From the NCBI RefSeq assembly GCF_009914755.1, contig NC_060929.1: DNA of 64,000 bases. One strand, written 5' to 3'. The translations under genes were made by a program, and so were the position numbers. Source of the DNA: the human T2T-CHM13v2.0 reference genome, Homo sapiens. Positions 54,468 to 64,000 of the stretch are shown here, piece after piece; the stretch's first letter is position 1; every line of letters starts with the position of its first letter. The notes below the pieces were generated by a model. That model ran no database searches, was not told where the DNA came from, and saw only the letters and a list, made by a program, of their open reading frames with translations.

Positions 54468-54793
<326 letters not shown>

Positions 54794-57619
54794 TTTTTAT
54801 TTGTATTTGAAAGCAGCCTGAGTGGATATTTTAACACCAGAATTTCCAAAAGTATGTAGCACAGGTTGTTACAACAAAATGACAGCACTTAGGAATAACT
54901 GCTAATCTTAAGTATGTTTTTTATAAGTAAAATAACCCATTATTTGGTATAAAGATTTCACACTGATAACATTTTTGAGTTATCAGGCAAAAATAGAGAG
55001 TATTGAGAAAAGAGACCCTCTCAATTTTGTTTAATTTGAAAATATTAACATTTAAAAATCACACTGGGGTTTTTCAGGTGGTGGGACTTTTTCTTCATTT
55101 AAGTGGAGACTACCCAGTCTTTATGTTAATGGTTGATAAATCATCCTTTCAGTATCATTATCATTAGGCCAATGTGTGCAGGCCTCCCACTGCAGAGATT
55201 GACTACTTTTTTCTGGCATCTAATTCTATGCGTGGGAATACATTTTCCATTAATGTGAGCTCACTCAATTTTACCTGGAAGCATCCATATTCCTAATGAA
55301 ATTGGAATTTTTCCAAAAGATGAGGCCTGGTCTTGGATGACTACATTTTCACTTGAAACATTTATTTTGGGTAATTATAACACTGAACTCGACAAGTAAA
55401 TGTTACACTTGGAAAGAACTTTTTTAGCTTTTCCAACCAAAGGCAGATGTATTGCAATAAAATAACTGTCTTAAACGGTCCTCTACTATTTAGTTCTTAG
55501 TTATTTGCTGTTTATTCTAAATATATGTGCATATTGATAAATCATAGAAATAACTTCCACTAGTGATCTTACCTTTAGCCATTTCATAGTTAGGTCAGAA
55601 TATCCATTTCCAAGTAATACTTGACCACTATGTTTCTACCATAGGTAAATGATAAGCTTCTAAAATTATATTCACATATATCCAAATCTCCAGGAGTCAC
55701 AATCTGTTGCTCTATAAGTTTTTTCAAAACATTCTTATTTACATTTTTTCTTGGTTGTCTAAGTGACATCTAGGTGGTAGTAGAAATTATTCACTGATAC
55801 TTTATCTACAAAATGGCTCAATCTTCTAAACTCATAGTTCCTTTAATATTACCTTTATCTCTTAATAATCAGTATGGAGTCTACTCTGCTATAAATTCTC
55901 ATGTGACATTCCATTTTGCAATTAGTATAACTCTTAAAGGTACTGAAAAGTGCAGTATTACAATAAGTTGTCAAAGGCATCTCATTACTATGAAGTCCAT
56001 GAAGTTTAAAAATTTTAAATTTATCTCTTATTTTCAAACTAGCTACCATCTTTAAAAATTCAGCAAAGTGGTAACTGGAATATTAATAGCTATAATTATT
56101 TCTTAGGTCCATGCTTTTCAGAAATAATGCTTAAATGTTTACTTACTTCTTCATAATATAGCACAATATAATCATTTAGAAATTATGTAAGTTTGATATT
56201 AACAAATATCATTAACTTACATTTTTATTTATCTTGCTTGAAAAAGTTAATTCAAAATATTAATTTATTTATTCATGAAAACAACAATTGATAATTTATC
56301 CTATTCTAAATATGAATGATAAAATCTGAGTAAGTTGCAGTCCTGGCTTCCATTTCATGAATACACAGGAAACAAAAGCTGAAATGAAAACTTTTCCCCT
56401 AAATATTTAAATCACATGTTTGATTTCATTTTTAAATGGTCTGGGTATAAGCAAAAATTTGTACATTATTTTATTTCTCTAAATTTGACCTCTTTCCATA
56501 AATTTTCTTTGCCCCACTTCCAAATGCGGCGAGAATTCATGCTTCTCATTGAATTCACAGATATCTTTAGAATGTTTTATTGCTTAGTGTTAAATATGTT
56601 GAGTAAATACTGGCTTATGTTCCTAGGTTACTTTTCTCCCTTCACTGTTTAGTTAAATAATCAATTCTTTCAAGTAACAACTTTTAAAAAAACTGGAATC
56701 TAGAAATTCATCAGGAGTGGAGATCATCAAAAACGTAATTACTTTATATTGTTAACATTTTAGTATATACAGGTAAATTCAAATACATAAAGAGTGTGGA
56801 AAAATTAAACCTAATATATTCTTAATTGATGTGATGTGAGTGTAACAAATATACAAATCACATTCCCACAATAGGAAACAAATTTCCTGTTTGAATTTCT
56901 CTGTAAAGGACCGACTTCTGAAATCTTTATGTAAGTTACAGTCAAGACAGTTGATGAGGCTATAGTTCTTGAAAAAGGGGCATGGGAGGGAATTACAGAC
57001 ATTCTACAAATTTAAAAAACCATAAATGTACATATTTTAAGAAATTAACAGTTGCTGTAATAACATAAAAGTAGATATATGTATGTTTTAATATATACAG
57101 CACACACACACTTTTAAATACTTCAACATCTCAATGTTTTGATGATCATAAATCTGAAAGGATCTGATTTTTCTATAAAATGTAACTTGGGTGGTAAAGA
57201 GGTTAATGGTAAGTTGTCTTGAATCAGATTGAAATCCCATCGTACCAAGAGATAATATCGTTTTACTTAACCTCTATGTGTTTATAAAAAGCGAATAATA
57301 TTAAAACTTATTTCAGAGGATTGTGATAATTTAACGGGATAATTCCATTAAGACAAATAGAAAAGTGGCTGTCACATGGGAAATATTTCCAATAGATGTC
57401 CACTGTTAAAACAGGAATCACAATATTTTAGTGTATGTCATGAATTAGCACAATTGATAGTGAATTAGTATAAAAGTTCTAAGGAAATATTTAGATAAAA
57501 TATAAGGACTTTGAGGAGTGACCGAAGGATATTACAATTGAAACTAGAAATTTTGGGAAAGTTCAAACGACATACAAGGAAAAGAAGATACGTTTACATA
57601 TTTAATACTTACACGTTTA

Positions 57620-57650
57620 GCCACATGATGTCGCTGTCCACCACAAGGTC
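57620..57650 (+). promoter_or_regulatory. PCDHA3 promoter CSE, with CGCT at 57632-57635.
   Basis: The sequence is agccacatgatgtcgctgtccaccacaaggtc, 188 bp upstream of the ATG at 57820. Confidence 0.85.
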
Positions 57651-57819
57651 TTTCTCCACAAAAGAAATAACAGCGTGCATTACGTATTCAGATACTGCTT
57701 TGCTTCATCCTCTCTAAAATTTAACACCGAGGAGTTTAAGAAATGAAGATAAGGAACTCGAATTATTTTTAAACTTTGGATCAATGTAAAGGCAATCTAA
57801 TATTTGGAAAATACTTGCA

Positions 57820-60213
57820 ATGTTGTTCTCCTGGCGAGAAGATCCTGGAGCCCAGTGCCTGCTGCTTTCTCTTCTGCTCCTCGCAGCCTCGGAGGTGGGG
57901 AGCGGCCAGCTCCACTACTCCGTCTCTGAGGAGGCCAAGCATGGCACCTTCGTGGGCCGCATCGCGCAGGACCTGGGGCTGGAGCTGGCGGAGCTGGTGC
58001 CGCGCCTGTTCCGGGTGGCGTCCAAAAGACACGGGGACCTTCTGGAGGTAAATCTGCAGAATGGCATTTTGTTTGTGAATTCTCGGATAGACCGCGAGGA
58101 ACTGTGCGGGCGGAGCGCGGAGTGCAGCATCCACCTGGAGGTGATCGTGGACAGGCCGCTGCAGGTTTTCCATGTGGAGGTGGAAGTGAAGGACATTAAT
58201 GACAACGCGCCAGTTTTTCCAATGGCTGTAAAGAATCTGTTTATTTCCGAATCCCGACAGCCTGGCTCTCGGTTTTCGCTAGAGGGCGCATCAGATGCAG
58301 ATATCGGAACAAATTCGTTGTTGACTTACAGTCTTGATTCCACTGAATATTTTACCTTGGACGTTAAAAGAAATGATGAGGAAATTAAATCCCTTGGACT
58401 CGTGTTGAAAAAAAATTTAAATCGAGAGGACACTCCTAAGCATTATTTACTAATAACAGCAATTGATGGTGGGAAACCAGAGCTCACTGGCACGACTCAA
58501 CTAAAGATCACTGTTTTAGATGTAAACGACAACGCCCCAGCGTTTGAGAGGACGATCTATAAAGTCAGATTACTCGAAAATGCACCAAATGGTACCCTAG
58601 TGGTGACCGTTAACGCCACCGATTTGGATGAAGGAGTAAATAAGGATATCGCGTATTCTTTCAATACGGACATGTCAGCAGATATTCTGTCAAAATTCCA
58701 TTTAGATCCAGTCAATGGACAAATCAGTGTAAAGGGTAACATAGATTTCGAGGAAAGTAAGTCATATGAAATCCAGGTAGAAGCCACGGATAAAGGAAAT
58801 CCCCCAATGTCAGATCACTGCACAGTTCTACTCGAAATTGTGGACATCAATGATAATGTACCTGAGTTAGTTATTCAATCACTATCTTTACCTGTATTAG
58901 AAGACTCTCCACTTAGCACAGTCATCGCTCTGATCAGCGTGTCCGACCGCGACTCAGGAGTCAATGGACAGGTCACCTGCTCGCTGACGCCCCACGTCCC
59001 CTTCAAGCTGGTGTCCACCTTCAAGAATTACTACTCATTGGTGCTGGACAGCCCTCTGGACCGCGAGAGCGTGTCGGCCTATGAGCTGGTGGTGACTGCT
59101 CGGGACGGGGGCTCGCCTTCACTGTGGGCCACGGCCAGCGTGTCCGTGGAGGTGGCCGACGTGAACGACAATGCGCCGGCATTCTCGCAGTCCGAGTACA
59201 CGGTGTTCGTGAAGGAGAACAACCCGCCGGGCTGCCACATCTTCACGGTGTCTGCGCGGGACGCGGACGCGCAGGAGAACGCCCTGGTGTCCTACTCGCT
59301 GGTGGAACGGCGGGTGGGGGAGCGCGCGCTGTCGAGCTACGTGTCGGTACACGCGGAGAGCGGCAAGGTGTACGCGCTGCAGCCGCTGGACCACGAGGAG
59401 CTAGAGCTGCTGCAGTTCCAGGTGAGTGCGCGCGATGCGGGCGTGCCGCCTCTGGGCAGCAACGTGACGCTGCAGGTGTTCGTGCTGGACGAGAACGACA
59501 ACGCGCCGGCACTGCTGATGCCTCGGGTGGGTGGCATCGGTGGCGCAGTGAGCGAGCTGGTGCCGCGGTCAGTGGGTGCGGGCCACGTGGTAGCGAAGGT
59601 GCGCGCAGTGGATGCAGACTCAGGCTACAACGCGTGGCTTTCGTATGAGCTGCAGCCTGGGACCGGCGGTGCGCGCATCCCGTTTCGCGTGGGGCTGTAC
59701 ACGGGAGAGATCAGCACGACCCGTGCCCTGGACGAGGTGGACGCCCCGCGCCATCGCCTACTGGTGCTGGTGAAGGACCACGGTGAACCCTCATTGACCG
59801 CCACGGCCACTGTGCTGGTGTCGCTGGTGGAGAGTGGCCAGGCACCCAAGGCCTCGTCCCAGGCGTCCGCTGGCGCCACGGGCCCGGAAGCTGCACTGGT
59901 GGATGTCAACGTGTACTTGATCGTCGCCATCTGCGCGGTGTCCAGTCTGTTGGTGCTCACACTGCTGCTATATACTGCTCTGCGGTGCTCCGCGCCGCCA
60001 ACCGAAGGCGACTGTGGGCCGGGCAAGCCCACGCTGGTGTGCTCCAGCGCGGTGGGGAGCTGGTCATACTCGCAGCAGAGGCAGCAGAGGGTGTGCTCTG
60101 GAGAGGGGTTGCCCAAGACCGACCTCATGGCTTTTAGCCCTAGCCTTCCTCCTTGTCCAATTAGCCGGGATAGAGAGGAGAAACAGGATGTGGACGTTGA
60201 TCTCTCAGCCAAA
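57820..60213 (+). CDS. PCDHA3: Protocadherin alpha-3 variable exon.
   Basis: The protein reads [44 protein letters not shown]... and has the same domain layout. The exon ends ...VDVDLSAK followed by gtgagt at 60214. Confidence 0.85.
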
Positions 60214-60219
60214 GTGAGT
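60214..60219 (+). other. 5' splice donor (gtgagt) ending the PCDHA3 variable exon.
   Basis: It is in phase 0 after AAA (K). Confidence 0.8.
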
Positions 60220-62055
60220 AATTTTTATTTATTCTTTCCAAAATGTCTTTGTTTTTCATTCCTCAATGTTTCCACTCCTCTGGAAATACATTAATAGTTA
60301 AGTATGAATTATGTGATTCATAATTAGACTTTTCCAGTTTTGTGGTTTTGTGGTTAAAACGGTAAGATTTTTGTTGCTAATTTTTGAACCAAATCAGCAG
60401 TAAGTTATGATATCCACACTTGTAATTTTGTTTTGTTATTAGGTGCAGTAGTAGAATTATTTTATTGCTAAATGCCTGGGTATAAGACAAATATTTTTTC
60501 TTAGATGAATTGCATTATTTAGAGAATCTGACTTCGACTTGTTTTATACTTATCCCTATACAATGCTTCTTCAATATCTTTTGCCACTTTTCATTTGGAC
60601 TTCCTACTACCTGTTAGTACAAATGTTACTTGCTCATTTTATGAGTTCACCTAATGCTTATAACTCCCTATTGATTATGCTTTTCCACCTTCAGTTTCAA
60701 AAATTAGATCATTACACCTGTTGTCTTTTATGGAACCTCTTTTATTCTCTTATTCACTTGTTTGGAGTCTCAATCCTTATTTTTTACTTGAATATGATTC
60801 ATTTTAGGCCTTGTGCTCTAATTTGGCAATACCGTTTATTGTTTCTTGATTTCCCAGTTGGGAAAAAAATCGAGAATAACAATTGCATTTAGAATTGCAT
60901 CTTTGTTCATCTTTAGTTTATCACTACTTTATTTAATACTACTTTAATAATACTACTGTATTATATGTTAAAATTTATTACTAATAACTAAAATATCAAT
61001 ATGAAGTGAAAATTTAATAGTTGTATAGTATATTTATATATTCATTTTAAAAGAATGTTTTAAATCTTGTTAAAAATAATTTTCAATCTGAACAATATCT
61101 TGAAAATAATTATGGTATCTAATTTTAAAACTATCCCTACTAGCAAAACTTTTTATTCATTAGTGTCTTTTGCATACCATACTAAGGATGCTAATATGAA
61201 ATAAGTTTGATAAGCCAATGTTATAATGTTATTACTGGTTAACTTCTCTGAATAGCATCCTGCCTATTAATGTGTGCCATGCAATAAGTAGAAAACTCCA
61301 AATAACCAGAACCAAATGAAATTGAAGGTAGACTTTTTTCTAATCACTACCCCTACATATTTGGTTATCTCCTCTAGCAATTAGTTGGACTCCCATTTAA
61401 GTTTCCCTACCACTGGAGAGAAATAGTAACCAACTGAAACCTGGTTAATACTCATTGACAGTGTGGGAGGTCTAACACGTAAAATAGATATTTTTCTTGA
61501 CTCCTCTCCTTCCCCTCACTTCCATTTTCTTTATTTCCTTTTTTGGCACTATCCTTTGTTGCTCCCTTGTCCATGAAGTAGTAGCCATAGTGTGTCCATC
61601 TCAGGTCAGTATTTTAAAAATTTAGTTCTGTTATCAGCTTCTTGAATATAATAGAGTCAGCCAAAGTACTTGTCTTCCCAGATATGGAACTTCAATCTTC
61701 AAATCCAGCTTGCCTCTTGAAACTATTGTCTAACAAGACTCTTGGCAAAGACATTTTGAAGACTTTGGAATTTTCACTTCACAGATGTACTGATGCTATG
61801 CCAAATAAATATTGAATAGCTACCAAATAAACATTGTTTTCTATTCTGCTGCATTCCCCATCTGTACATTAAAATACCTGGTAAATGAAAATATTACAAA
61901 TGAAATGGGTGAAAATGGAATTCTTCCTCCTTTTTTCCAATGTGCTTGATGTCAATGATCATTTTGTAAAAATATAGTTTGGGTCCCCACATAGTGAAAG
62001 TACTCTGGTTTCTGTTTGATTCAGAAATTTGGTGGGTTTTTTGTTGTTGTTTTGG

Positions 62056-62092
62056 TTTTTGTGTGTGTGTGTTTGTGTGAGTGTAGTTCTTC
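62056..62092. repeat. GT-rich simple repeat.
   Basis: The tract ttttggtttttgtgtgtgtgtgtttgtgtgagtgt is visible directly. Confidence 0.8.
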
Positions 62093-63603
62093 AATAGAGA
62101 GGGAGCGTAAAGCTATTTTCACTAGATTGATTTTTTGTTTAGACAAACAGGATGAAAATAACTTTATGGATATAGGAGGCAAGGAAAGTTTTTAAATGGC
62201 TACCATTATGTCTTTATATATTAAATTTCTTTATGTAAGAAAATGTATTGTGGTTTATTTATTGGGAAGTCTTCATTCCCCATTAATACCCAGGATGATT
62301 CAAAGATCATGATTACCAAGAATTAGAATAAAAATTAAGCTAAAACCCAAGTTTTCAACATTGAACTTGAAATACATCTTAATTGGGGAAATGTCTAGAG
62401 ACTTTTTTTGTATCTTTAGAAAATCATAGAGGCTATTGAAACACCACATTTTCCCAACTAGATATGCGATCACCTTAAATTAATGCATTTTATTAGGCAA
62501 TGGAAGGAAGCAAACATTTTCTGCAGGGTAAATATTTAGGAAATATTAGGTAAGTCCCTCTGAGCTATTAAACAATTAAGATACAACTATTCCCTTTAAA
62601 ATATATATTCCAAAAAAGGACACACATACTCAAATGCTTATAAGAGATAAATTAATGTAATAAATGGCCCACGCGATTCCACCCTGGTGCTGCAGTTTGT
62701 AAAAGAAGAAAAAATACCTGTTCAATTGGTTTGATCATGACATTCTTCATGGGTCAGGGAAGTTTTAAGTGGTTATAAAATGGGGTAAATTGGCTTTAGA
62801 AGAGTTTAGAAATGATGTGGATTACTTATAGACAGGACAAAATGAACATGCTTGTTTATTAAAAAAAGCTATTGGAAGCAGGAAATATTCAGTTTGGCTA
62901 AAATATATAAGCACTATAGGAGAAAATAGAAGCTTAGGCACATTACATACTGGAGAACAAGCAAGTACTTATAAACTGTAAGAGTCAAAATGAGAATACC
63001 AGCGTTTCTCATGGGAGCAAATGAGTTCCAATGAATAAAATTATTTGGAATGCTTTTCCATGCAAGCTATTTGCTATAACTTCCTGCTTCCTTGCACTTT
63101 CAGCCCTGACATGACTCAAGGAAGACATCTAATTAAATGCTGATGGTCTTTGATCCTTTTATAAAACATCTGCAAATTTCCCTGTCAATAGCTTGTTCTT
63201 GGCACCAGAAGTTCCCTAGAGACCAGTCCCCTCAAGTCAACAACACCAGAAATACTAGGGTGAAGAGGGTGTTATCATTAATAAAAAAAAACCCTGGAAT
63301 TCTTGGGAACACAGGAATCTGTAATGAATTTTTCTAATCAACAGTTTACAGTTACATGTTTACAAAGTGTATAGTTAGGTCTCTGTAATACTTAAAACCT
63401 GTGTTGAAAAAATTATTTCTACTGAAGTAAAAGTTGCCCCTATGGCGAAACTAAGGACCACACTCAATCAATCAGTGGTACAATGTGTACCACAGTAGTA
63501 CAAAATGTATTCCTATTCTCCGAAACGACTGAAATAATAAATAAAACCAAGTAGTTTACAGTAGAGTGTGTGGGGGTTTCCACAATTGCTACTTACGGTT
63601 TGG

Positions 63604-63634
63604 AGCCACATGATGTCGCTCTTTACCACAAAAT
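63604..63634 (+). promoter_or_regulatory. PCDHA4 promoter CSE, with CGCT at 63617-63620.
   Basis: The sequence is agccacatgatgtcgctctttaccacaaaata, 193 bp upstream of the ATG at 63810. Confidence 0.8.
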
Positions 63635-63809
63635 ACATGAGAGAAGGAGGAAGAAGGGAAAATTCCTTCTATTCTTACTGGAAGGAACCATATACACTCT
63701 TTGGAGTCTGAAATATGGAGGATGCAGCTGCACTTGACTGACCGATTAAAAGATTTCCCTTGACTTTGAGAAACGATATTTAATCAGAACAAAATACTGT
63801 GCACTAAAG

Positions 63810-64000
63810 ATGGAGTTTTCCTGGGGAAGCGGCCAGGAATCCCGGCGTCTGCTGCTCTTACTTCTTCTCCTCGCAGCCTGGGAGGCAGGGAACGGTCAGC
63901 TCCACTACTCGGTCTCCGAGGAGGCCAAACACGGCACCTTCGTGGGCCGCATCGCGCAGGACCTGGGACTGGAGCTGGCGGAGCTGGTGCCGCGCCTGTT
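63810..64000 (+). CDS. PCDHA4: Protocadherin alpha-4 variable exon, 5' part only; it runs off the end of the window.
   Basis: The ATG at 63810 gives [63 protein letters not shown], which is the PCDHA4 N-terminus as I recall it. A CSE lies 193 bp upstream. Confidence 0.8.
   Translation, partial: MEFSWGSGQESRRLLLLLLLLAAWEAGNGQLHYSVSEEAKHGTFVGRIAQDLGLELAELVPRL

Noticed and set aside
57781-58173. Long antisense and alternate-frame ORFs inside the PCDHA exons (for example 42850-43326-, 51566-51940-, 57781-58173-, 59625-60212-, 59124-59648+, 53419-53799-), which are 'conserved' between exons.
   Set aside because: They are artefacts of the GC-rich, stop-poor sequence. They are conserved only because the sense exons are conserved, and they give low-complexity Arg/Pro/Ala-rich translations.

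Overview
The window is primate, almost certainly human chr5q31: the 5' end of the clustered protocadherin-alpha (PCDHA) locus on the + strand. The first ~42.7 kb is repeat-dense intergenic sequence upstream of the cluster, with no convincing host coding sequence. It contains about 28 Alu copies, at least six L1 pieces including a near full-length old L1 and two L1 insertions with unusual structure, three MaLR/THE1-like LTR elements (one full-length), a decayed C2H2 zinc-finger array, and a 310-bp inverted duplication. From 42.7 kb onward lie three complete PCDHA 'variable' exons (PCDHA1, PCDHA2, PCDHA3) and the first 191 bp of a fourth (PCDHA4). Each is a single ~2.39-kb exon encoding a signal peptide, six cadherin ectodomain repeats (DxNDNxP junction motifs), a transmembrane helix and a short cytoplasmic stub. 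Each ends in a GT splice donor that would join the shared constant exons, which lie outside the window. Each is preceded by its own promoter carrying the conserved sequence element CCACATGATGTCGCT 168-193 bp upstream of the ATG. I found no prokaryotic-style system, CRISPR array or novel gene family; the interesting content is the known PCDH promoter-choice architecture plus several structural curiosities in the repeat landscape. All calls were made by eye from the sequence and the ORF track; no searches were run.
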